DNA of 64,000 nt from Lingula anatina (taxonomy: Eukaryota; Animalia; Brachiopoda). The DNA lies in assembly GCA_051362555.1 (NCBI GenBank), contig CM120640.1, forward strand, positions 13,578,001-13,642,000, read 5' to 3'. Below, piece by piece: positions 1 to 13,300 of the stretch; position 1 is the first letter of the stretch; each line of letters begins with the position of its first letter. The translations under genes and the position numbers were made by a program. The notes below the pieces were generated by a model. That model searched no databases and was not told the origin of the DNA. It saw nothing but the letters and a program-made list of their open reading frames with translations.

Positions 1-3000
1 TTTAAAGCAGAAGTCTAGATCTGTGAAGAAGATGTTGCCAGAGCACTGAAAACATCTCCTGTATGCATAGTCACATTTAACACTAAATATAGAAAAACAC
101 AAATAAAAACAAGTAATTGTGTAAATCACAAAAATAACCATGAAAAAGAAACCTTGCCTGATTGCCTTCATGTCCTTGAATAGACATTTCCCCAAAATAT
201 ATGGTGCATCCTCAGGTGTAGAGGCCACATAGCGCAGTAACATATCTCCTCTCTTTGGATCAATATCATTGTTCTCAAGAAGGGATATGTTTGCACTGAT
301 CCTCTTACCATTACCATGGGTTTCAGAATCCTAAAATGTGAAATGTTTTGAAAATATATTCCTTCCTGCATTTTGCATACCACTTGTTATAACTTTTTAA
401 CACAATATTATAGACACTCAGTGACTGTAATGACTATCTTTTAAAATAAAACTTTATAATTCTAATTTATGGAAGAGGGTGATTAAAAATGATATGCTAA
501 ATATTTTTTTCTCAGCTAAAATGTTAATTCTGATCTTATCTTTTATAAGATGAATGCAAAAAAATTTGGACTTGCTTGATTATGCCGTTACACCTTATAC
601 CTTATAGAGCGCTTGAAAGACTGCCTTGTACACTGGCTCCATCTGTGCCCCACTGGTCTCCGCTGCCTTTACTATCTGCTGCAGCCATTTCTTCCTGGCT
701 TCACCACGAACCCGGTCTGTGTAGGAGCGCTGTGATACAAAACATTTTGCTGTCAATTATTCACTCAGTTTTGAAAAATCATCTATCTTGGTTTTTAAAA
801 ATGCAGGTGCTTCATCTAATGCTTTACATTCTGCAATTTTCACTTGCTTGCATTATTACTATATAATTTATTAAGGCTGAAACAAAAACCTAACTGAAAA
901 TTCACTTCAATTACAAGTGAAATTTTACTCACAAAACAAATATTCATTGTCAAAACATACCTCAACACTTGATTCCATAAAGTCAACCATGTAATCAAAC
1001 TCATCTGAGCCTGGGATTTCATCTGCCACTGCTGTCACAAACTCACGGAACTCTCGTTTGCTCAAACGATTGTCAGTTTCATCCTTGCGTAATTTGGATT
1101 TCACTATAAGAAAAATCAAATGCACTGCACTACCTTAATATCTTTATTTAAATATTGCAATTAATTCTAACTAAACCATGTTCTTATGAGCAGCCATGTT
1201 CTTATGAGTTAAAAGATATTTTTTTCTGGATGTTTATCCTACAAATACTTCAAATGAATTGGTGTTTTGAGCAAACGTTTCTGCATGTTGTTTCAAAAAT
1301 GAACTCTACACTCACCCCTGCGCACCGTTTCCTTCTCCATTCCGTCCTTATATTTAGACAATATTGTTTCAATCTCATCCATGTCGAGATATCCTGAACC
1401 ATCATTGTCCCACTTCTCAAATAATCCATCAACTCTAGTCTTACGCTTAGCAGTTACATGTTCTCTGTGAGCCTAAAAAATATGTGAATGAAATATGAAC
1501 AACGTTATCTCAAAACACTAATAAAAAACATTAGAAGAAACAATCTACGCTCAATACTCTATGCAAATGACTCTTTGTAAATGCAAGGTTTTTGTGTTAA
1601 AACAACATGTCCATTATCTTATTTTTAGCCAGGGTTTCAAACTACAAAAAATTGCAATTCTTCAAGAAAGAATGAAATTCCCACAGATAGGAATAGTAAA
1701 TGAAATACTTTTTTAGAATTACCAATTAAATTTTAAAAAGACAAATGAATAAATTAAAAAAAAAAAAAACAAAAACAAACATACAAACCTTGAGCAACCT
1801 CTCTCTCTTTTCTTCCTCCGTCTCCATGTATCCATCCCTGACATAGCGCACCAGGCTGTTGAAGGCCTCCATGCCCGGCTCATCTCCCAGGAAAGTTTCA
1901 ATGAGGTTGACAAACTGAGACACATTAAGTGAGGTTTCATCAAAGGCAGAAGCCTGAGACATGCTCCCAGTGCCTCGTGTCTCCAGAGCTGAAGGTAAGT
2001 AAATAAAACATTATGTCTCAGCTGGAAAATTTATCACAGATACTCTTTTTTACCCTGAAGATAACTATATCAAGAAATTAAATGAACAATATTTTTTCTA
2101 TCAAAATCACTTACAATGAAGTAAATACTGGTTTCTATCAATATTATAAACAATGTAGAAAGAACTATAGAAGGATACCTTTCCTTTCCTCATCAAATCT
2201 AGTTCCTTCAGCAAAAGTAACACTCTGCCTGGTTGGTGGGGGTCTGTCAGCTGTAGGGGGTGGTGATGGAAGACGAACATCATCTTCAAAGGCATCTGTA
2301 ACACAAAATGTTTTAAACTCTAGTAAGACATGGGGAAAATAATAAAGACATGGGAAATTCATTTGAAAGTTGGTGATGTGAAGTAGTCACAGCCAATGCT
2401 ACAATATTCAAAAATAAAATAAAGGCACAAAAAACAAAATAATATTAAAAGACAAAAGTTCTAACCATATAACAAAAATGACAATGACAATGAGAAACTA
2501 ATTAAATGAGGTAATTACATGTTTCAGCTTTTTTAAAACATGTTATCAAAGAAGTGAAAACATGTTATCAAAGGCAATAATCACTGCTTATTTAAGCTGC
2601 CTCTTACAATCTACAAAAACACAAAAAGACTGTAAAGCATAGCAAAATTGTCAATGCACTGGCGAATCTATGATGAGATAGAAATAAGCTGAAATATTAT
2701 AATAATGTTATATGCTGGTGCTTGAAATAATCAACAAAGAGTGAAAGTGCATGGTTAGATGTGCATCTACACTTGGTTGGATGTATGCTTAAAACCTGAA
2801 AGAAAAAAGTCTAAATCTGTATTAGCAGAAGCTACTGTAGGCACATCATACAGTCTAAGTGTTAGTGTGCTTGCTACTGCCAGTTCACACAGGTCTACCT
2901 TGTCCCTCTGTTTCTGCTTCATCTTTCTCTTTTTCTTCGACATTGGCAGAAGATTTTTCCTTGTCAGAGACAACGGCTTGAGGGGGAGAGGTTTCTGGAG

Positions 3001-6000
3001 CAGAGGTAGGTTCGGGTGCAGAACCAGCAGTAGTTTCAGAAGCTACGGCTGCTGTGTCATCTGTGACAACAGTAGGGATGTCAGAAACTGGTGCAGCTTC
3101 ACTTGGAGCAGTAACATTTTCTGCTGGTTTCCCAGATTCTTCTGTTTCCTCTTCCTGGGTACTTGCTTGTTCTACAGGCTGTTCAGGTACCTCTTGTGAT
3201 GCTGGTTTTGCACTTTCTTCTGTCACCTGTTCTTCAGTTTTTGCTTGCTCACTTGGTTGTTCAGTGGTGGGCTCCTTGGGTTGGTCCTGTTCTGAAGGTT
3301 TTGCATCCCCTTCTTGTACCTTTTCTTTAGCAGCTGCTTCAGGCTTTGCTTCTGTTACTGGCTGGTCACTAGGAGGCTCTTCAGTGGTTTCAGCTGTCCC
3401 CTTTTCCTCTGTAACTGCCTCTCCTTCCTTAACATCTGCAGTTTCTTGCACTGTTTCATCCAATTCCTTTTTGTCCTCTTCCTTTTCTGCAGCTGGGTGT
3501 TCTTTTGTTTCAGCAGATTCCTCAGCTGTTTCCCCCTTACTGCTTTCTTCAATATTTTGTTCGCCTTCCTTAGTAACAACCTCTTCTCCTTCAACCTTTC
3601 CCCCCTCAGCCCCTGTCTCTTCAGAGGACTCATTTTCCTTTTTCTCTGTTTCTGAAAGTTTTGCCACATAATGATTACCTTTTATCTCAGAAATTATTCT
3701 TATTCAATTTTGTTGGTGAATTTTAATTTTCTATTGAAAATAAAAAATGAAATATCAAAATGAAAATACAAATACTCCTTTTCTGATTTCTTCTTATTTT
3801 AAGTGCTAGTGGAAATTTGTTACCTTCAGTGACCTTAACTTCTGGGTTTTTGACATCTGAAACAAATTAAAACAGGACTTTATTAAAAAAATTGCATGAA
3901 AATACAAGACTTACTGTGACATATATTTAGAAAATCTCATCAAATTTCAGTTATCAACAAATTGCAATTAATCTACTCATTTCAATAGACAATAATAATT
4001 TTAAAAAACGTCCATCAACACTATTCACTCAAAACAAACCTTCAGTTTTTTTCTCTGTCCCTTCGTCTTGCTTTTCTTCTGGCTTTGGAGATCCCTCCTC
4101 ATTGACCTCTATGGAGTTGTTAAAGAATTTAGGATCTGCTAAATCTTCATCATCACTGTAAGTGCTCTCTATCTCATCCACCTCAACCACAGGCCCTACA
4201 AACAATTGGTTTTAAAGTATAACTTCATATTTGGTAATTTTGTTTACTTAACTACAGACAGGGCATAACATTATTTCAGGAAATAAAACTGACACAAAGT
4301 TAACTTTTTCTGCAGTAATAATCTAAATATAAAATAATAGTAGTTTTCCACAAGTTACTTTAAAAGAGAAGAAAACAAAATGAATGATCAACATTTTAAA
4401 ACAACAAAATTCAAAACTTACATTTCCTTGGATTTCTCAGGTATATTTTATAGCTCTCTTTGGCCTGGTCAAAATACCTTTCAAACAAGCTAAGGATTCT
4501 GTGACGATCAACAACTCCCACCTTCAAAAGAAAAACAATGTAAACAAATGTTCCCGCTAATCACAGTATTGCCAAACAATAAATTATCAAAATAAAAGTA
4601 ATAAATAATCGAAATAAATCCATCAATGAAATCATTAGACAAAAGAGCTCAATGGTACACACTTTTAAGCAAGCACCTACTTGTTTTTATCATGATATAT
4701 CACATATCAACATACCCCACTTGTATCACATGCAATGAAGAGATGGGTGAGCGCCATTCTTCTCTGCTCTCTCTCAGCAGCCAGGCGATGGGCAGTAGCA
4801 CAGCGTTGTAAGTGGAGCATAAACTGGTCGAATATTTCACTGGGCATTCCTTCAACATACTTGGAAATGTACTGTAAAAATACAATAACATTAAATGATT
4901 TTCTCTTTAAACACAATATTAAATTTGAAATTCAATTTACAAAATTTAGAGGGTTTTTTTTCATGGAGACTTATACAATAAACTTACTGCAGAAAATTCT
5001 TTGAGGGACATGGTTTTTCCTGTTTCATCTGTGGGTTCCAGAGGATGGCTAAACTGTCCAGCCTTCTTCAACTCCTCAGGGAGATTATCCACGACCTCCA
5101 GGAATGAACGCAAGGCACTCTGGAGCTGTAGGAAAATAGCAGTTTTAAATAACAAGCAGCAATAGATTTTTAAAAGATAACATTGAAAATTGTTGTTTTT
5201 ATTTCTACCAAACATCTTTATTTATCAAACCTAAGTAAAAAAATATAAAGAATCCTTTTCATAATTCTGTATTCTGAAATCTTCATTTCTTAATTTCACC
5301 TCAGGTCTCATTTATTATTTTTTGTATATCTTTTAATTCAAATATGAAATTTGGTTAGATGTCAAATTTAATCATTGAATTGAAATTATATCATGGTAAT
5401 GGTATCTTAAGACAAGTGAAAAACAAAATGTGAAGATCTTACCAATGACAATTCAACTTTGCCATCACTAAGATTCCATTCAGAAAACTGATTCTTAAGA
5501 GCATCTTCCCTTCTGGCCTTTTCTTTTTTCTTCTGTTGTTCAGCAAATTCTCTCTCTTCTCTCTTACGCTTTGCTTCAGCTTTAATCTTTGCGAGTCTGC
5601 AAAAAGGAAATGACAATACTTCCATTATACATCAGCATAAGAAAGATTTATCTTGAGGATTAATCAAGCATAAACCAACAAGCATGTTATCTACTTGGTG
5701 GCCCGATAAAAGACAAAACAAAACAAACAAACAAAAAAAATGAATGATAAAGCTAATCATATGTCAGTATAAATACTCAATTACTGTAGAGTTACCTGTT
5801 TTCTTCCAGATCAAATAGTTCTCTTTTCAGTTGATCAGATACGTCTCTCAAACCTCGAGTATATGGAGAGGCTTCTGAGAAATTACTGTAACGTGGATTG
5901 TTTCTCATCAGATACTGTGCCAAATAATTAATAGGGTTAAAATTTGGATCTTGTTCCTCTTTTTCTGCTAGTCCTCTTTTATCCACCTCGAGCAACAGCT

Positions 6001-6388
6001 TCTCCATACCCAATATCATAGTGGGTAGCACCTTGTCTACTAAATACACCCTTGTCTCCACTGTAGCTTTGTTGTCACTCAGCCATTCTTTAACAAGAAT
6101 CTCCACTGGGATTTTTCTTACAAGTTTCTTTGCTTTGTCTTTACTGATGTGTGTCTTTTCTTTCTTCTCTTGACGAAGCTCAACAAGTTTTTTCATCATC
6201 TGCATTTCATGATAGCGTTTCCACTTCCGAACTGCACTGTGAACTACTGGGCGTGCATAGTCTGGAGTTAGCTTATTGGGACTTCTTGGAGGAGATACAC
6301 GGCCCATTTTTGTAGGACTAGGTGTTGTCCTATAGCCAGGTGTTCTTGTCCTAGCTCCAGGAGGGGAACTATGGGCTACATCTGCCAT
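1..6388 (-). CDS. EFCAB5: EF-hand calcium-binding domain protein 5-like, multi-exon; 3' part continues beyond the left edge
   Basis: First coding exon 5796-6388 (MADVAHSS...ETRVYLVDKVLPTMILGMEKLLLEVDKRGL...FNPINYLAQYLMRNNPRYSNF) matches the recalled EFCAB5 N-terminus. Further GT-AG exons at approximately 5443-5596, 4988-5126, 4702-4872, 4421-4521, 4040-4195, 2898-3677 (acidic), 2178-2296, 1788-1988, 1333-1473, 959-1103 (EF-hand-like DETDNRLSKREF), 605-730 and 250-329. Putative non-coding exon 1 with donor at 7150. Confidence 0.8.
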
Positions 6389-7198
6389 GTCTATTATTGT
6401 TGTAACATCCAGCCACTATGCTCTGAAAAAAGAAATTGCATTTTGAACTAACTATCTTAAAACTGAATTTTTTAAAATTATGCTTAATAATAGATAACTA
6501 ATATTTCACATGTTCTAAAATACAAATACATACACTTTTTAAATTAAAAATTGAATTTCTGATTACCCAGAAGTTTTATATATGGGGCTTTAATATTTCC
6601 AACAAACAGAAATAAATCTACATGTACCAGAAAAAATTTCAAAGAAAAAATTTCAACCAGAAGATATACTGATTATAAAGTTAATTGCACAACTGCAGAA
6701 CAGTTGTTTTGTAACCCATCAACAGGGCACTGAAAAATATAGTCATACATTTTCTCCAGAATATACAGTATAGCCCAGAACTACATGTACAGTAGAAGTG
6801 TAGAGTCAGTTCCAGCAACATCAATGGAATTTTTCAAAACACTAAAAGCAGAATGAACTGAGTCTGTGCTCTCTCTCTCTTTTTTTCGTTGCGAATACAC
6901 CAGTATTGGGAACTATAACTTATAAGGACAGATACAGATGGAGACGAGTGCGGGAATATTGTCTGCAGTCAGTCAGAAAACAAAATTTCAGAACATTTAC
7001 AAATATAGTCAATACCAAGCCAACAACAGGGTCGTTTCTGAGGGTTTAACATTACATTTGTACATGATTGTGACATTGAATAACTCAATGAATGTTAACT
7101 TTGTTAACTAAAATATCAATTATCAGCATATAAGGAATATATACACTTACCCCGTTTAATAAGGTATATGTACTCAAGAGATAAAGCAGCTCTCAGCA

Positions 7199-7256
7199 GT
7201 TGCTATGGGAAGCACTGACCTAGTTTCAATTTCCGCTTTACATTGCGCATGCGTCA
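7199..7256. promoter_or_regulatory. Bidirectional promoter elements: RFX X-box-like GTTGCTATGGGAAG (7199-7212) and NRF1-like TGCGCATGCG (7244-7253)
   Basis: Motifs read directly in the ~230 bp between the EFCAB5 non-coding exon donor (7150) and the SSH ATG (7384); locally CpG-richer. Confidence 0.5.
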
Positions 7257-7383
7257 AAGCGAATAAACCTCAACATGGTGGATAGGGAAGTTGGGGCTGT
7301 TGTTTAATACCAGCATCATTGTTTTATATTTGTGCATCCGATTGGATTTGCGACGCAGCCCACTATACCGTGTGGTTCTAAGG

Positions 7384-10300
7384 ATGGCACTGGTTACAGT
7401 ACAGCGCTCTCCAAGTCCGAGTAATGTGGCAGAATCGGTAAGTTTTTACTTCTTTACTGCTCAGCCTTTGCACACCCAGTCGACAATGTCATGGACATTG
7501 TCACGCTCGGCTGTCACCGAACTTACCTTGATTGGTAAATAAATCTAAAAGCTACGTAAAACGATTTTATAATACTACATTAATCTACCGTAGTAGAGAT
7601 TACACGATCAAAATCGATATAATATTTTAACAAATTTATTGAAATCTCCTTGTACGCCAAATGCCTATGTGATTTGGTGTTTACCGAAATGTAAAATAAT
7701 GTAAATGATACACGTTGCTTGCAAAACAATAACTGTGATTACCTGCATTAAAAATTCAAAGAAAACATAAACAGCCCTCAACCCGCATACCATTCCCAAA
7801 TCCTCCTCTGCTACATTGTCCCATTCTTAAAATCAACATTTGTCTTAACATAAATGACCTATGAATTTAAACACATCACTTGTTGCATAATTGCCATTAA
7901 ATATTGATCATCATCATCATCCTTCGCCTTGAGCAGAATTGCAGCAGCAAGATGCCTAGACCAGAGTTGCTTCTGTCTCATTATTCCTACTAGTAGCATT
8001 TCATTATGTTGCTCACCAGTGTCATTCATGATGGTGTCTGAGTAGGAGTGCATTCAGAACAAGTTGATCTGCAGACTAACAGACCCGCAGACTAAGGCTT
8101 CGTTCACATGCAATGTCTATTTTCTATTTTCTATTTTCGGTATGTCTTATGATCACGGTCTGTGCACTGAATATCCCGCCGCGTAATTACTGGCAGCGCG
8201 AGCCAGTTACTTATAGTAACTTATAGTAACTGGCTCGCGCTGCCAGTAATTACGCCGCGGGATATTCGGTGCACAGACCGTGATCATAAGACATACCGAA
8301 AATAGAAAATAGAAAATAGAAAATAGACATTGCATGTGAACGAAGCCTAAATATGGCCAACCCACTTAAAAGCGATGCTGCTAATCCCCCGATGGTCTTC
8401 CCAACCCACATGCACCTTCGCTGCAGGGGCCCAGCAATTAAACCTCAGAGCTGAAATTTAATCCATTTGATGATGTGTGGGGAGATGAGGAAACCATCAG
8501 GGAATTAAGCAGCTTGCTGTTAAGTGGGGTTGTCCATATTTAGTCTGCGGATCAGTTAGACTGTGGGTCATCTTTTCTGAGTGCATTCTAGGTTACAGTG
8601 GGTCTGCTTTGATGATGGTTGATCTAATGTGTGGGCACAGGGCCCAGCAAATTGTAGTCATCTTTTCCTAATAATGATTGATAAGGTGGTAAATTTTTTT
8701 ACACATCTGTGTTAAGAATATGGTATTTTCAGCTGATATTCAGTACTATTCTTAATAGTTGTGTGTTACAACCATCTGTGTTGTTTTTCAACTTCGTAGT
8801 GATGCTCCAAGTTTCTGGAACACAAGTGATGGTCCAAGTTTCTGGAACACTATAGCAAAATGCTTTCAACAAAAGCTTGAAAGACCTTAATATTTTTATA
8901 CTTACTAGTAATTTTAGACATAATTTCTGAACTTATTTGAACGCTTCTCACACTTATGATTTTTCTTTTTCTTTGATCTTATGAAATCTTTTGAGGGGTC
9001 AGTGATATATTGGAACCAAGATATTTGAATTATTCAATTTGGTAATGTTTTCTAGTTCTATACCTGTTAGTGTCTTGATCTTGGTCTGGTAAAATCTTGA
9101 TAAGGTAGTGGAAGTCATCTCTCCCATCCCACCAGGGATGGCATCTTAGACAGCAATACAAAAGTAGCACATTGTGCTTAAAGGACTTAAATCTTTAGAG
9201 TCAAAGATAACCAGAAAAATATTCACAGATAAAATGTCAGCTTTTATTTATTGCTGCACTGTACACTCTCTTGTCTGCCATTATTTCTGACCCCACTAAA
9301 TCCCACTTGATTGTCAGGCCATTTATTAACACTACCCATAGGTCTTTTAGCACTAAAACCTATACTAGCCACACTCATGAATGAACCAGCACTACCAACA
9401 AGTATGAATGTTAGTGCTAGGTATCGCTTTATTGGTGCAAAATAATTTTAGTAAATGCCTAATCCGTTTATAAGGCCCGATTTTAGCCAAAGTGGCAAAG
9501 GGTTTTTGCAGATAATTTTTATTGCTTTCTTAATGTTTTCATGATGGAGGGGAAAAAATGAAAAAGATTGATTCAATATTTATTGAAATGAAGTTTAGCT
9601 AAATGATGCCTTATTTGTTAATTTTTACTTATTATTTTTGTTTCAACTTTTATCTAGATATTTTCTCTTTTCTGTGCAGTCCCATGTTTTTTGTTTACAG
9701 TGGGATGCTTGATTGACAAAAGTAAAAAATAACATATCTTCTAAGTAGATATCTTCTTGCCCTTCAAAATTAAGTATTCTTCTTTTGTCTGCATGTAAGT
9801 CCCAGTAATTTGGTATTATGTATTTCTTTTTACTATTTAACAAATCGTTATCAGTTTTGTTGCTAATGATATAGTTGCATAGATTGATATGAAATTTATT
9901 TTTACTCACCATAATACCTCTATCTGGAGTTTAACCAAGTCATTTGTTTGTCAGTCATAGGTCAGGTATTTGATCAACATTGTGGATCATAAATTTCAGT
10001 TTATTTTATATGGCATGACAGGACTATGATAATGTCTCCATGCCCACAGTGAGATTTATGTTGCTGTTAATTGGAAAGTGACTGGGACAGCATAATCCAG
10101 TGTGAAAAGTTTTAGTCCCTGACCTAAATGCTGATATTGAAAAGTAGGGTGGGAGGTGGTGTTTTGATATTACATCACTAACAACAGTAGCTTATCAGTT
10201 GGCACACTTATATAGTGAAAACATGTAAACAGGAGGAAAGAGGGGAAACCGTTTTTCACTGGGTTTTACCATTGGCTACTGTGATAGTTTACAGCTAAGA

Positions 10301-13300
10301 AAGTTGAGACTTGGCATAATGTTTCATTGGCTATGGTTGGAATTCCATTGTGCTATCCTTTGTTAGACAATACTCACATATCAGCCTCAATGGAACGCTT
10401 CATCTGGAGGATCTAATGTTGTCACTGTAACAAGATGGATGGATGTCTGCAACTGAGTCCATGTTAAGTTAAATAATGTTTTTGCTTTATGATTAGCTTG
10501 ATAAGTTCTTTTTTTTGCAATTAATTTAAATTTAAAGTACACACAGGTATATGTATTGAAAAAAAATTGGAACATTTTTTTTATCTTACAAAAGAAATAC
10601 CTGAGATATATGGAGAAACATATAAACATTCTTTTGGTACTTGTCACACCTAACCTGGTTAAGGCTTCGACAGGAAGGGGGGGGTGCAGTTAAATTGGGA
10701 ATGCTGTAAACATCGGGGATTTTTTGCCCTCTATAATATTCATTATATTGTTTACTCTGAAATAATGAATGTAGGTCTTAAGTTGAATAATGACGAAGTT
10801 GGTGTTAAGAGTTGATCCATGTATGAAAAATTAAATTTTAAAGTTGTCATCTTTACAAAAAAAGTAATAAACAGGGCCTCAGTTGTGAGAAATGGAAAAT
10901 AAGAGAGAAGAATGCTTTATTGGAGTAAAATGTCAATACATAGATGTCATACGAGGTGACAACGACTACACTGTATGCACGTAAGGTGATGGCCACCTTG
11001 CCTTCCTGGCCCTGTCTGGTAGTCACCTGTTGTATGTGGTATAGAAGAGAATCTGGACTGTTATTTTTTGTTTGATGAACTTTTAGAAGAACACCAAGTA
11101 AAATATAGGCAGAAAGTGTATTTAATAAGAAAAAAAAAATCAAACTTTTGTCAGGCAAGTGATCCTCTAGCTAGTCACTTTTGTTTGTGGGCAAGTATGA
11201 ATTAGTGGCCCAACCTCAGAGAGTACTTGTGCAGGGTAAGTAACACAAATAGGTATGTCAAGCTCGCAAGGATTGGTGGTATGGATATAATTAACACTTC
11301 CTCATTTTATCCTGTTTTATATTGACAAATATTTTGATTTCAACTCCATTTGACTTAGACTTGTGATCATCTACCCTATTATATAAATAAAACCAATGAT
11401 TTTGCTGTTTTATTCTTAAATTTTATCAGTTTTTGACATGCATGTTGACTGTCGTTATCTTTATTGCCACACATGTGATATGATGGTCCCTGGATCATAT
11501 GAAATGGTCACATGTTGGCATATATTGGCAGCTGGGAATCAGATTGAGTCTATGGCCACATTCAGAACAGTTTGATCATTGGATTAACTGATCAGTGGAT
11601 GAAATTTGGCAGACCCATTTGAAAGCAAAGCCACATAATCCCTTATTGGTCTCTTCGCCTGCCACACCACCATCCCTTCAAGGGCCTAGGAATTAAATCT
11701 CAGAGCTGTTTTAATTTAGCTTTAATTGATAGGCCCCTGCTGGGCTGGTGAGTGTGATGGGGAGGGGGGAGAAGAGACAATAAAGGGATTGTGCGACCTA
11801 CCTTTCAAGTGGGTCTGCCATATTTGAACTGCAAGTCAGTGAGTCCGAGGATCAAACTGACCTTAATGCAGCCTATGTAGGAACAGGTATAACCTTCACT
11901 TCTATTCAGACATGCAAGATGCTTGACCCGATTCATTTATTGTCAAATGAAAAAAAAATTAAAACAAAAAAAAAACAGCTTAATGTTTATTATTACAATG
12001 TAATTAATACTCTCTTAAAGGTTTATAAAACTTTTATTCAGTAACCATTTACACTTTTGTAAAAAGATATTTTTTTAATTAATGGTTAATAACTTTTTGT
12101 CCTGAATTTTGCTAACTTTTCTTTTAATCAATGATATCCCAGGAGAAAACCTAAAGAAAATGTTGTTTATAATGAAAAGTTATCTCAGAAAACATTTATA
12201 CCAATCTTTTTAACAAATGGTTTATACAAAATACACAAACTTCAGTAGTTCAACTTTTTAATTTTTATGGACAGGTGCATTTGTCTGGACATCCAGCCAT
12301 CACCTGGGTCTGTCACCATTACTGTTGTAGTTGTCATAAATAATAAATATTGGCAAGTGTTTTTCTAGGCTTTTTGTTTAAAAACAGTTAAGAAAAACAG
12401 TGCTACTTATTTTTTCTTAAATTTACAGGAATGATTCACCAGACTAAAATAGAGTTCAAAAACCAGCCTTTTTAAATTATTTTTTCCTGAAGTTATTTTA
12501 TGGGTTTTTCTGAAATCACCATTCTCCAGGTGTGTACTAGTTGCATTTTATGAATGTTGGCAGTGAGAGTGATGACATTATTTAACACCCCATTTCCATA
12601 GATTTTTAGATCGATCTATCCCTGTGGGGAGTCTCACTAGATTACTATCAGCTTGGCTGGCTTAAGCGTCTGTCCCGCCTACTAAAAGCTGTAAAGAGGT
12701 AATTAACTATGGTGTCCGCTCGACTGACTGCAATTTAGCCTGAACCCTCAGGGAGTTAGGTCGATCTAAAACTTAATCTTTAGATCGATCTAAACCTCTG
12801 GGAAAGCACCCTAAAATTGGTGGTGATTATGCTGTTAATCATTTTGTAGTATTAAAATCAAAATTGACAAATACATATTGTGTGCACTTCATTGTGAAAT
12901 TGGTTCATTTTTTCCACTGTTCAAATGCCACTGCTTCTATCAGTTTTGTCATCTATATGTCTGTCCATTTGATATCTTTGCTGTTTTACTTTGGAAGTGT
13001 TTCAGCACAGAGGAGACCAAATTCTATAGACTTAAAACTGGTTGCACATTATAATGCCACTGAAGCCATTTCTAAATATACATTATCACTAACCAGCCAA
13101 AAACATAAATAGTTTTACTGTTGGTTTGAGTTGTAGGTATTTCTGAGGCTTGGGTGTCCACAAATGGGCTGTCAAGACTCATCAGGTTACTGTACTGCCA
13201 CTTGCCTGCAGTAGTCTACAATTGTGTAACTACCACATGCCACTCTCTTCCATTGAAACCAGGTCTCTACTTTCCTGGGGCGGCATATTTGCTGCATAAG

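Noticed and set aside
3054-3671. 205-aa Ser-rich ORF on the + strand
   Set aside because: Antisense shadow of the acidic EFCAB5 exon
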